Positions 27,244 through 37,873 of a stretch of 64,000 bases of DNA are shown here, in pieces (positions within the stretch are counted from its first letter, which is position 1; each line of letters opens with the position of its first letter). The position numbers and the translations under genes are program-made. This DNA is from Minisyncoccota bacterium (GTDB lineage: Bacteria > Patescibacteriota > Minisyncoccia > Phycocordibacterales > Phycocordibacteraceae), in NCBI GenBank assembly GCA_035531495.1, contig DATKSU010000005.1:41984-105983 (forward strand). Reading direction: 5' to 3'. The notes under the pieces are model-generated. The model saw only the letters and a list, made by a program, of their open reading frames with translations. It did no database searches and was not told the origin of the DNA.

Positions 27244-27398
27244 CACACGTCTCCGGAGGCGCCCCAGACACCTGGCTTGTGTTGGCTGGCCGCATGCGAT
27301 CGTCGGCATCACAAAGAAAGTCCCCCCGTTCGCTGAAACCCTCGTCCTCGCCACCCCCGAGACAGAAACGGGCGAGTGATTCTCAAACTGTGCAGTTA

Positions 27399-28070
27399 AT
27401 GCGCTACCATAGGCGTATGGGCGCACGCAACTCACGCCTCACTCTGCTCCTACAGCTCGCGGGCACGCTCGTGATACTACTGTGTGTACCTGGTACGCTT
27501 TTGCAGACGCTGCTCCTCTTTATCCTGTGGGCTGGCACCTTCTACCCGCTCTCCCGTGCAGACGCGGTACTCTTTCTTACCGCATGCCTCTTTTACACGG
27601 TAGCTGACATCGCCGTGGTCCAACGAGGAGTGTTCCGTTTCAGCCATGCGGACTTCTTCGGCTTGCCGTATTACGAACCGTTTATGTGGGGCTTCTATTT
27701 CCTTCACGCGAAGAGGATGCTCGGTGGCGCTCTCCCTCGCCGGCTGTTGCCCGGCATCGTGCTTACCGTGACTGTGGCGGCTACCGCGACTCTCGTCTCA
27801 GACACCTTCGTTTCTGCCGTACTCATCGGCATCGAACTCGGCGTTGCGCTTTTCCTATTCCATACGAAAACCGATTTCCGCTACATTCTGTATCTCGCAG
27901 CCCTCGGCGTCATCGTAGAGGCGCTCGGCACAGCCACCGGGCAATGGTCGTACGGTGTCCCGTATTACGTCCTGTGGTGGGTAGTCACGTGGTCGGCATC
28001 TGGCCTCATCCTCTACCGGACCGGCCTGCCGCTTGCAGCGGCCATCGCCACTCGTTTCCGCACTACTTGA
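27399..28070 (+). CDS. polytopic membrane protein, hypothetical
   Basis: About 6 hydrophobic helices. Start moved to MRYHRRMG; the upstream part of the track ORF is Arg/Ser/Pro-rich and non-coding-like. Confidence 0.5.
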   Translation: MRYHRRMGARNSRLTLLLQLAGTLVILLCVPGTLLQTLLLFILWAGTFYPLSRADAVLFLTACLFYTVADIAVVQRGVFRFSHADFFGLPYYEPFMWGFYFLHAKRMLGGALPRRLLPGIVLTVTVAATATLVSDTFVSAVLIGIELGVALFLFHTKTDFRYILYLAALGVIVEALGTATGQWSYGVPYYVLWWVVTWSASGLILYRTGLPLAAAIATRFRTT

Positions 28071-29694
28071 CTGCTTTGCCGTAGCGGCCGGGATTGAGGA
28101 TGCGGTTCGGATCGACGGCGTCTTTTATCTTTTCGGTAAGTTCAAAACATGGGCCCTCAGCATGGTCGTAGAGTTCGCGTATGGTATCTATATCAAGCCG
28201 GTCGGGGAATGTTCCGAGTTCCCTGGCGAATTGCAGCATGCGCTTAAACGCGCGGCGAGCTCGCTCGCATTCTTCGGCATCATCGCGATTGAATACGATA
28301 GGGATGTTCGATGCGAATGCCCGCTGCGAAATGGCGGTCAGCGTTATGAGTGGCTCAAGCTGCTCGGAGAGGAAGATGTCCGTGACGCCGCGCACGAACT
28401 CGCGCACGAGCGTTGCATCCACGGGGAGCACGGGGGTGTACCAGATGAGGCCGCTGCCGTCGCGGTCAGGATGTAGATGATGGGCGGGCATGGGATGCGG
28501 ATTCTTCAGGTAGGCGAGCGGCAGCGCCACCTCGCTCGGTATCCCTTCGAGCACGTCGAGCGCGTCCTGCATGCCTTCGAACGACTTCTTGAATCCGAAG
28601 TTCGGCATGAAGCGTAACACCTTCCCTACGAGCGCGGCGCGCGGCCTATTCATGAAGACCGAATGCAGCGCATACTTGAATTCACGATGAATCGAGCGTT
28701 TGACGCCGCGCTCGAGATCGCGCGGGCAGTAGATGCCAATCAGCACGACCCAGTCGGAGACGTGTCGGCGTTTCGAGAGTTCGAGCAAGTGCTTTTCTGG
28801 TATGACACCCTTGATGAGCCATTCATTCTTCGATTCAACCATCGAGAGCACTCGCCGCATATTCATGAGGTTCAGCCCGCCGATGAGTGAGCCGAGTCGC
28901 TCTTTCGTTTTTGCGATAGAACGCACCGCGTCTTCCATGTGCTGTTCATCGATGAATGCTACGAATTGGCTTATCCGTTCGGATTTCCGCACGAGCGCAA
29001 TCGTCGCCCGCGTGACAACGCCGATATTCCCCTGGGCGAACAGCCCGTCGAGATACGGGCCGACTTTCCATTTATAGACGGGGTCTGCTTTCACTCCCCC
29101 GAACGCGTGGAAAGCGGAACGGTACAATTCTCCGTTCGGGAGTACCGCCTCGAGACTCATCACTGCGCCGAAATGGTCGATGTCTGGCGTCACGCCGTAT
29201 CCTCGCTCAAGTGCATTCCCGATGATGCTGCAGGAGGGGCCGCCACCGGTCGTCGGCACCATGAATGGAAGGCTGTGCTCTTCGAAATAATCGAACAGAT
29301 CTTGCTGAGTGACGCCGGGCTCGAGAGTCACATACGCCAGCGCTTCATTGCACTCGATAACCCTTTTCATCCCCGACAGGTCGAGAATGACGCAGTTATC
29401 CGCCACAGGGAGCGAACTGCCGAACCCCCAATCATGTCCGGTCGAGAACGCGTGGAGTGGGATGCGATGCGTATTGGCGATGGCGACAATCTTCTGGACG
29501 TCCTCGGCGTTCTTCGGCCGTAGCGCTCCGGCGATGGAGCGTTTCGTACCGAGCGTATTAGCGTGGTACGCGGCAGTCGCTTCCTCCGCACTGAGTACTT
29601 CAAGCCCTGAGATCCCGCGCCATCCGACAAAGGCCTCTTCAAGCGGCATGGAGTAATTGTACCAAGCGCAAGCTGGCCCGAGCAGCTTGTACAC
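28063..29694 (-). CDS. FAD-linked oxidase (PCMH-type FAD-binding domain; VAO/D-lactate DH/alkyl-DHAP synthase superfamily)
   Basis: FAD_binding_4-like N-terminal domain (IPLHAFSTGHDWGFGSS...VILDLSGM..GVTQQDL), 543 aa. Confidence 0.8.
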   Translation of the reverse strand: MYKLLGPACAWYNYSMPLEEAFVGWRGISGLEVLSAEEATAAYHANTLGTKRSIAGALRPKNAEDVQKIVAIANTHRIPLHAFSTGHDWGFGSSLPVADNCVILDLSGMKRVIECNEALAYVTLEPGVTQQDLFDYFEEHSLPFMVPTTGGGPSCSIIGNALERGYGVTPDIDHFGAVMSLEAVLPNGELYRSAFHAFGGVKADPVYKWKVGPYLDGLFAQGNIGVVTRATIALVRKSERISQFVAFIDEQHMEDAVRSIAKTKERLGSLIGGLNLMNMRRVLSMVESKNEWLIKGVIPEKHLLELSKRRHVSDWVVLIGIYCPRDLERGVKRSIHREFKYALHSVFMNRPRAALVGKVLRFMPNFGFKKSFEGMQDALDVLEGIPSEVALPLAYLKNPHPMPAHHLHPDRDGSGLIWYTPVLPVDATLVREFVRGVTDIFLSEQLEPLITLTAISQRAFASNIPIVFNRDDAEECERARRAFKRMLQFARELGTFPDRLDIDTIRELYDHAEGPCFELTEKIKDAVDPNRILNPGRYGKAVK

Positions 29695-29745
29695 ACGGTT
29701 TTCAGGGAACTGTCAATCTATTACCATTCACAATTGACCATCGCT

Positions 29746-30387
29746 TCAGGGTTCCCGCCGGACGCCGTAACGGAGGATGACGAGGGTAGCGAGAGCGACT
29801 GCAAACGCTACGGCAGCGACGCGATACCAGAGAGGAAGGGCCCCCGTGTACGCGAAATAGAATCCGAACGGCGCGACGCCGATGGCGGTCGCGACGACGT
29901 AGGAACGCCACGGCATCGCGCTGAACAGCCCGAGCGCGTAGCTTAAGATGTCAACCGAGACGAGTATGCGCATGAGGACGACCATCCAGAAAAGATTCCG
30001 TTTCGGGATGCGGCTCTCGATTGCGCGAATGCGCTCAAGACCGATGAGCCGCGCGACGACCGGCTCGCCGAAACGGCGCGCTATAAGGAATGCGATTGCC
30101 GCGCCGAGCGTCCATCCGGCGATGCTCATGAGCGCCGTCGGCAGTGGTCCCCACGCGACCGCGCCGATGGGAATCAAGAGGGCGATGTCGAGCGGTATGA
30201 TGAATATGACAAAGACAGCCGTGAGGAGGATGTATGCAGCAACGCCGAGTATCCCGCCCTGCGTGACAAGGGTCGCGAGCGCCGCGTGATACCGCTCGGC
30301 CAGCACGGAAACCGCGATGAACGTGATCGCGAGCAAGAGAAGCGCGGCGATCTCCCCATGGAGCGTTCCTTTGGGAGGAATCTTCAT
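29746..30387 (-). CDS. DedA/TVP38 family membrane protein
   Basis: 213-aa polytopic protein with a DedA-like core (GPLPTALMSIAGWTLGAAIAFLIARRFG). Confidence 0.75.
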   Translation of the reverse strand: MKIPPKGTLHGEIAALLLLAITFIAVSVLAERYHAALATLVTQGGILGVAAYILLTAVFVIFIIPLDIALLIPIGAVAWGPLPTALMSIAGWTLGAAIAFLIARRFGEPVVARLIGLERIRAIESRIPKRNLFWMVVLMRILVSVDILSYALGLFSAMPWRSYVVATAIGVAPFGFYFAYTGALPLWYRVAAVAFAVALATLVILRYGVRREP

Positions 30388-30458
30388 GCGAATGAGTATA
30401 GCTTGAGCCTGATACCGCGAAAGGCGCCCTTTCGGGCGCCTTTCGCTACCGTGATGCC

Positions 30459-30520
30459 GAGCGGTACTGTACCGACTTTGACGAGGAACGGTACTGGTTC
30501 CCCCGAGCGGTACTGTACTG
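30459..30520. promoter_or_regulatory. three spaced copies of palindromic GGTAC-N-GTACC motif (gaRcGGTACTGTACc) upstream of dedA
   Basis: Copies at 30459-30473, 30487-30502 (degenerate) and 30505-30520, following a perfect hairpin aaaggcgccc-tttc-gggcgccttt at 30412-30440. Confidence 0.4.
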
Positions 30521-30696
30521 ATCCCAATGGGGGCCGGAAGCAGTTCCTGGCTTCACAACCGTGTTGCCCATGTCGGTCGTGCACCCCACCATATAAGGTA
30601 TCTAAGGGTCTTCCCAGCTCCCTTCTCTCTCCTTGGAATAGGCGCACCGGACTCATACGATCTTGAGATAGATTGGGCGTACTTTGGTGCTTTCGA

Positions 30697-30726
30697 GGTG
30701 CTTTAGGAGCGTGTCGGTCTTGAACC
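30697..30726. repeat. direct repeat copy A (gCTTTAGGAGCGTGTCGGTCTTGAAC), left boundary of AT-rich islet
   Basis: 26/27 identical to copy B at 32154-32183. Confidence 0.6.
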
Positions 30727-30753
30727 AAAATGAGACAAATGAGACACACCCCC

Positions 30754-31341
30754 TTAGAAAAAGCTCTCGGCCAAAACGTTGGAATCGAACTGAAGTGAAA
30801 GATCGCCTCGCGTCTTGCGGCCAGTCCAGTACTCACCCTCTAGGCGGCGATTCGGTCGCTTGATAATTTTTAGGATCGCCGCACCATCATGAATAGCACT
30901 CCTATCCCAAAGGGACGCCTTCGGACGATTCGTGTAGTTATAGGTCAGATACAGATCCTCGCCGTTAGCCGTTGCGTTTATGCTGGTGGTGGTACTGTAG
31001 CTAGTCGACTCTTTCGTCATGAGAGTGATATTTATGTCCGAGAAACTCTGACGAATCACCAGAATGACAGGGACCGGTGCGATCGATTGGCCAGTTTTCG
31101 GGTCGATCCAATCGCTCTTCAATTCGCCACGCCACGTTCCACGCAAGTCTGGAACCTTAATCGGCACACTGTTCCCTACTTGAGTATCGGAGGATGTGGT
31201 CGCGGTCACTGAGGTTGGCGACGATGTTGCAACAGCACTCGACGAATTCGACGATCCTGCGGACGCTACGAGTATGACCACCAGAAAGAATCCGCCAGCG
31301 ATCCAAAATATCTTACGTGAACTCCCGATCTTCGTTGTCAT
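30754..31341 (-). CDS. hypothetical N-terminally anchored protein with Ser/Thr-rich linker and beta-rich C-terminal domain
   Basis: MTTKIGSSRKIFWIAGGFFLVVILVASAG then S/T linker and a ~130-aa domain (RGTWRGEL...YWTGRKTRGDLSLQF). AT-rich codon usage unlike the core. Confidence 0.5.
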   Translation of the reverse strand: MTTKIGSSRKIFWIAGGFFLVVILVASAGSSNSSSAVATSSPTSVTATTSSDTQVGNSVPIKVPDLRGTWRGELKSDWIDPKTGQSIAPVPVILVIRQSFSDINITLMTKESTSYSTTTSINATANGEDLYLTYNYTNRPKASLWDRSAIHDGAAILKIIKRPNRRLEGEYWTGRKTRGDLSLQFDSNVLAESFF

Positions 31342-31632
31342 ACCGCGTCAGGGTTAGGGGTAAATCCTGATGGGCGGGTAGCACAAAACCCGCTACCAGG
31401 AAGGCCTTGCGGCCTCTATAGGAGTTTCCCCCTATAACGTAAGCCACGCCCTGATAACGGGTTTTCTGTGGCTTACGATTGTCGACCATGCCCGGGGACG
31501 AATCCCGCAGGTTTAGGCCATTTCTATTCGTGTGTCGAACTTGTACATAATAGCTCGTTTTCAGCTATCCTTGTAGACCCTAGCTTAGATCTAAGGTTTT
31601 GCGAAATAGGTTACCAACAGCAAGACTTTGCC

Positions 31633-31782
31633 CTATTCAGGCATCTCTTTCGGTTCGTCCTCAACATCTCTTTGTATTTCTTCAAATTCATTCTCGATCT
31701 CTGAGAGCCGCTTCTTACATGCCCATTCTGAAGTTAGAGTTTCAAATTTCTCGAGATATTCTATTTTCTGCTTTTTATCCAT
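31633..31782 (-). CDS. 49-aa charged coiled-coil-like small protein, hypothetical
   Basis: MDKKQKIEYLEKFETLTSEWACKKRLSEIENEFEEIQRDVEDEPKEMPE. Not in the ORF track (short). Confidence 0.3.
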   Translation of the reverse strand: MDKKQKIEYLEKFETLTSEWACKKRLSEIENEFEEIQRDVEDEPKEMPE

Positions 31783-31791
31783 AGTTATAGT

Positions 31792-31989
31792 CTAGCGAAA
31801 ATTATCACGCGGCCCGGATGGTCGGTGAAATATGTGAGCGTTATAATCCCGATCTAGTTTTAAATTTCCACATTCAGGACATGGGGTCTCTGAGATAAGA
31901 GTTCCTTTAGGAACTTCAATTTCATTCCGGAAGGAGCAATTCTCGCAGAGCACATATATCTTGTAGCTGGAGCCATTCTCATTATCCAT
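31792..31989 (-). CDS. zinc-ribbon small protein
   Basis: Two CxxC pairs (CENC...CPEC) in 65 aa. Confidence 0.45.
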   Translation of the reverse strand: MDNENGSSYKIYVLCENCSFRNEIEVPKGTLISETPCPECGNLKLDRDYNAHIFHRPSGPRDNFR

Positions 31990-32153
31990 ACAACCATTAT
32001 CTCACTTATGACGTATAAGTGAAGCTGCTCTCTAAGTAATTCAATGTTAACCAATTTTACTGTAATTGCGACACGAACCATCCTCAAACGTGGGAATTGA
32101 ACTGAAAATATGGTGCATATGCTAGAAACGCAAAAACCACTTTCGTGGTTTTA

Positions 32154-32183
32154 TGCGCTTTAGGACCGTGTCGGTCTTGAACT
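32154..32183. repeat. direct repeat copy B (gCTTTAGGACCGTGTCGGTCTTGAAC), right boundary of islet, 55 nt from tRNA 3' end
   Basis: See copy A. Confidence 0.6.
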
Positions 32184-32237
32184 GAATTTCGGCATTTTTG
32201 ATGCCGGGCGGTCTGATTAACAGGCCGCACTACCGTG

Positions 32238-32308
32238 TTGCGGGGGCGGGAATCGAACCCGCGTCTGGAGGTTATGAGCCTCCCGAGGTACCTCTCCTCT
32301 ACCCCGCT
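32238..32308 (-). tRNA. tRNA-Met (CAT), initiator-like
   Basis: Reverse complement AGCGGGGTAGAGGAGAGGTACCTCGGGAGGCTCATAACCTCCAGACGCGGGTTCGATTCCCGCCCCCGCAA. Anticodon loop is CTCATAA. It has a 1:72 mismatch (A.A) and an A11:U24 pair, which point to an initiator, but the G29 of the initiator GGG triplet is an A here. 4-nt variable loop. Confidence 0.75.
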
Positions 32309-32408
32309 ATATAATTTTCTAGCCCATCCGGAGCGCTTTCGCATTCGCTCTCCCGCGCGGTCGCCCGCTCGTATAGGACACTATACCGTTCCCGCGCGCG
32401 CGCGCAAG

Positions 32409-32963
32409 CTAGAGATAACTGAACTCGCGGAAGACGCTCTCGTAGCGCGCGATGGTGCGGCGCGCGAGCGTCTCCGATAAATCGAACGCTGAACCCTCGT
32501 GCGCGATTTGGTTGCGCACCTTATGCGCTTCCCACGCGTCCTGGAGCGTATCGAAATCGGACGGCTCCACCTGCCGCAGTTTCTCGCCGATGCCTTCGCC
32601 ACGGTACCCTTGCTCGCTCAGCATGTCGTCGAGCATGATGTCGGCCTCCGTGATGGCCTCGCGCCACGAACTCGGGCTGCCGGCCTCCATCAGGGATTCG
32701 ATATGCTCCCAGCGGCGGTTGGCGACGGCGGATTCGGGCGCCGCGACGAGCGTGCCGTAGAACTCGTCTTCGCGCTTCCTCAAGTCGAAGAGACGGAAGA
32801 GCGTATAGATGATGACGAAGAGCGCGATGACGGAGAGCGCATAGCCGACGCCGATGATCCAGAGCCACACCTTCGCGAGAAGCGCGCCGAACGTCGCGCC
32901 GCTCGCCGCGCTGTTGCCATGCACGAGGTTATTGAAGAAAGCGGAGAACGAGCCGCCGGTCAT
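32409..32963 (-). CDS. membrane-anchored hypothetical protein with HEPN-like Rx4H motif
   Basis: N-terminal TM helix, then a soluble alpha-rich domain ending ...AWEAHKVRNQIAHEG. Confidence 0.4.
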   Translation of the reverse strand: MTGGSFSAFFNNLVHGNSAASGATFGALLAKVWLWIIGVGYALSVIALFVIIYTLFRLFDLRKREDEFYGTLVAAPESAVANRRWEHIESLMEAGSPSSWREAITEADIMLDDMLSEQGYRGEGIGEKLRQVEPSDFDTLQDAWEAHKVRNQIAHEGSAFDLSETLARRTIARYESVFREFSYL

Positions 32964-32987
32964 TCCTTCCAGTATAAACGAAATGCG

Positions 32988-34424
32988 CTACGTGCCGGCG
33001 AGCTTCTCCACTTCCGTACCCGCAGCGAAGAGGACGGGCTCCGCGCCGTGCGGAGCCGTGAAATGCATGCCGACCGGCAGGTCCTTCCCGCCTTTGGCGA
33101 CCGTGCCCATCGGCACGGAGAGCGCTGGCATGCCGGTGAGGTTCGCCGTCACCGTGAAGATGTCTTCGAGATACATCGAGAGCGGGTCGCTCTTCTCGCC
33201 GAACTTGAAGGCCGGTGACGTCGTCGTCGGGAAGGCGATGACGTCGCAGCGCTCGAAGGCGCGGTCGTACTCCGCGCGCAGCACGGCACGCGATGCATCG
33301 GCCTTGCGATAGTACGCGTCGATGTAGCCGGAGGAGAGGACGAAGGTGCCGAGCAGGATGCGCCGGCGCGTCTCCGGGCCGAACCCCTCCGTGCGCGACT
33401 GCACATAATCGTCGAGGAGCGTCTTCCCGCGCGTGGCGTGCCCGTAGCGCATACCGTCGAGGCGCGCGAGATTCGTCGAAACCTCGGCGGGCATGATGAC
33501 GTAGTACGCGGCGAGCGCGTGCGAGCTCGCCGGCAGATCGATGCCGATGACTGTGTGCCCTGCCTTCTTAAGCGCGTCGAGCGTCGCGTCGAAAACGGCT
33601 TTGAGATCCGGGTCGACGCCGCTTGCGAGGAGCTTCATCGGGACGCCGATGCGCAGCTTCTTCGGCACCGGGCGCGCCGGGTAGAGGCCGTCCGGAATCG
33701 TCGTCGAGTCGAGCGGATCGACTCCGCGGATGGCGTCGAAGAGGATGCGTGCGTCCTCGACTGATTTCGCCAAGGGGCCTATCTGATCGAGCGAGGAGCC
33801 CATAGCGATGAGGCCCGAGCGCGAGACGGCGCCGTAGGTAGGCTTCAAACCGACGAGACCCGTGAGCGCCGCCGGCTGGCGGATGGAGCCGCCCGTGTCG
33901 CTTCCGAGCGCGGCGATAGCCATGTCAGCGGCGACTGCGGCGGCCGAGCCGCCTGAAGAGCCGCCCGGCACGCGCGACGGGTCGCGCGGATTCCTCGTCA
34001 CGCCGAAGGCCGAGTGCTCGGTCGAGGAACCCATCGCGAACTCGTCCATGTTCGTGCGACCGAGGAAGAGCGCGCCGGCATCTTTGAGCTTCTTTATGAC
34101 AGTCGAATCGTACGTCGCGCGGTAGTTCTCGAGCATCTTCGACGCGGCGCTCGCGAGCTTCTCGTCTATCAATATATTGTCTTTCACGGCGAGCGGGATG
34201 CCGCAGAGGAGCGGCGCCCGCTCCCCTTCCGTATCGATACGCTTTTGCGCCGCGCCGATCGCCGCGGCGTCGGCGTCGAAGAGCTCGAGGTAGGCGTTCA
34301 GCTCCTCGTTCTTCGCGCGCGCCGCGGCGGCGCAGGCGTCCCACAGCTCGCGCACAGTGCACTCCCTGGCGCGGAGCGCCTGCGCCGCTTCAGCGATGCT
34401 GAGTTCGTTCAGCGCCTTATTCAT
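32988..34424 (-). CDS. gatA: Asp-tRNA(Asn)/Glu-tRNA(Gln) amidotransferase subunit A
   Basis: Amidase signature GGSSGGSAAAVAADMAIAALGSDTGGSIRQPAA. 478 aa. Confidence 0.95.
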   Translation of the reverse strand: MNKALNELSIAEAAQALRARECTVRELWDACAAAARAKNEELNAYLELFDADAAAIGAAQKRIDTEGERAPLLCGIPLAVKDNILIDEKLASAASKMLENYRATYDSTVIKKLKDAGALFLGRTNMDEFAMGSSTEHSAFGVTRNPRDPSRVPGGSSGGSAAAVAADMAIAALGSDTGGSIRQPAALTGLVGLKPTYGAVSRSGLIAMGSSLDQIGPLAKSVEDARILFDAIRGVDPLDSTTIPDGLYPARPVPKKLRIGVPMKLLASGVDPDLKAVFDATLDALKKAGHTVIGIDLPASSHALAAYYVIMPAEVSTNLARLDGMRYGHATRGKTLLDDYVQSRTEGFGPETRRRILLGTFVLSSGYIDAYYRKADASRAVLRAEYDRAFERCDVIAFPTTTSPAFKFGEKSDPLSMYLEDIFTVTANLTGMPALSVPMGTVAKGGKDLPVGMHFTAPHGAEPVLFAAGTEVEKLAGT

Positions 34425-34707
34425 GCGTGATGATCTGCTTTACGGAAAGCGCATCGCCCTCGCGCGCCGGGAACTGCGCGGCGAGCTTCTCCGTATAGAG
34501 ACCCGGCGCATGCGGTTCGCCGTCCGCGCGCATCACGTTGCGCATCGCGGGCTTTACCGCGCCCGCCTCCGGCAGCTCGAGCTTCTCGAGCTGCCCCACG
34601 TACGCGAGGATGGCGTCGAATTCCTTCGTAAACGCCGCGAGATCCTCGTCGGCGATAGCGATGCGCGCGAGCGCCGCGAGCTTCTTCACCTCTTCGGTCG
34701 TAGCCAT
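34417..34707 (-). CDS. gatC: Asp-tRNA(Asn)/Glu-tRNA(Gln) amidotransferase subunit C
   Basis: 96-aa GatC-like protein overlapping the gatA start. Confidence 0.85.
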   Translation of the reverse strand: MATTEEVKKLAALARIAIADEDLAAFTKEFDAILAYVGQLEKLELPEAGAVKPAMRNVMRADGEPHAPGLYTEKLAAQFPAREGDALSVKQIITHE

Positions 34708-34719
34708 GGCCGCACTGTA

Positions 34720-36726
<2,007 letters not shown>

Positions 36727-36740
36727 CTATAGCAGGCCCT

Positions 36741-37253
36741 CTAATAATGGGCGTAGATACCGCGCGAGGAGAAACGCGCGCCGTTCGGGTTCGCGACCGT
36801 CGCGCAGGAGACGTTATACCCTTGAGAGAAGAGGTAGGTCGGGCCGGTCCCATTCTGCTTGTAGACCGTGACGTCCGCGCAGTGCTGGCCGGAATCGAGC
36901 GAGAGCCGCTCCGCGACGACCCATTGGGACGATGTGTACGAAACGATGCCTGTGGGAACGTCCGGCGGGTAGGAGGCGCTTCGACCGTCGCACGCCATGA
37001 GGGGTGCAGACGCCGGCTGAGGCCATGGGTACGCGAACGAATTCAGCTGCTGGTCGGCGTAGAGCACGCACTCGAGTCCTGCGTCGGCAGCGTAGAACGC
37101 GTCCTGCGACGCGAGGGCGGTCGACGAGAGGACGATCTGCTTGTAGCCGAGCGCGCCGAGTTCGAGGCCGAAGGCGAGCATCACGGACATGAAGATGACC
37201 GCGACGAGAAGCGCTATGCCGCGCTTATGCGGACGGCGGGGAGTCATTGCCAT
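36741..37253 (-). CDS. type IV pilus minor pilin/PilX-like protein
   Basis: N-terminal RGIALLVAVIFMSVMLAFGLEL hydrophobic segment. First gene after ligA in the pilin run. Confidence 0.5.
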   Translation of the reverse strand: MAMTPRRPHKRGIALLVAVIFMSVMLAFGLELGALGYKQIVLSSTALASQDAFYAADAGLECVLYADQQLNSFAYPWPQPASAPLMACDGRSASYPPDVPTGIVSYTSSQWVVAERLSLDSGQHCADVTVYKQNGTGPTYLFSQGYNVSCATVANPNGARFSSRGIYAHY

Positions 37254-37867
37254 GGCGTCAATTGGTCAGTGACAATCGCGCGCTCCGTCGTCCCGTGGAA
37301 ATCCCAGGTCACGGTCGCGACGACCCGCTCATCGTTCGGCGAGACGGCGTAGAACTGAACCGTACGCGTGTAGGGCGTCTCGACGCTGGTAACGCGCTGG
37401 GAGTAGATGGCGCCGGAATAGGAAGGCGCCGAGCCGCCGTCGAAGTAGAGCGGCGTACAGGTGCTGCCGACGGTGCATGCCTGCAGCGTGCCGAACCACC
37501 ATGATGGCAACCCAGGAGGGGTGAACCACGGGTCGGCCGTGCATGCCGAATTGACGCACTGCGAGACGGGGCTGGAGAGGAACGCGCTCCAGGCATTGGC
37601 CGAGACCGATGTCCCGCCGGCCTGATAGGCGCTCAAATAGGCATTGTCGCGTAGCGCGCGTACGTACTCGATTCCCTCTTGCGCGAGGTAGGTGGCGGTC
37701 AGCTGCTCGCGCGCGAGCTCGGTGGCGACGAGCGTGCGGTCCGCCGTGTACAAGGGGCCGGCGATGGCGAGCGCGAGTATCGCGATGGCGACGAGCGTCT
37801 CGACGAGCGTAAACGCTCGCCGCGCGTTCGCTTCGCCGGTCGCTCGCTTAGTGGTTGGCTCTCTCAT
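37244..37867 (-). CDS. type IV minor pilin (prepilin-type N-terminal domain)
   Basis: RAFTLVETLVAIAILALAIAG cleavage/methylation motif. Confidence 0.7.
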   Translation of the reverse strand: MREPTTKRATGEANARRAFTLVETLVAIAILALAIAGPLYTADRTLVATELAREQLTATYLAQEGIEYVRALRDNAYLSAYQAGGTSVSANAWSAFLSSPVSQCVNSACTADPWFTPPGLPSWWFGTLQACTVGSTCTPLYFDGGSAPSYSGAIYSQRVTSVETPYTRTVQFYAVSPNDERVVATVTWDFHGTTERAIVTDQLTPWQ

Positions 37868-37873
37868 AAAAAA

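Noticed and set aside
30384-30836. 150-aa minus ORF upstream of dedA
   Set aside because: It covers the hairpin and GGTAC-N-GTACC repeat array and one boundary direct repeat. It has no coding-like composition.
31342-31632. Possible tmRNA or pseudo-tRNA in the islet's non-coding stretch (T-loop-like cggggacgaatcccg)
   Set aside because: There is only a 4-bp T-arm-like stem. No acceptor stem, tag reading frame or full cloverleaf could be built by eye.
30697-32183. Calling the repeat-flanked islet a mobile element outright
   Set aside because: There is no integrase, transposase or recombinase gene, and the repeats do not overlap the tRNA itself. Reported as a repeat-bounded island of uncertain mobility instead.
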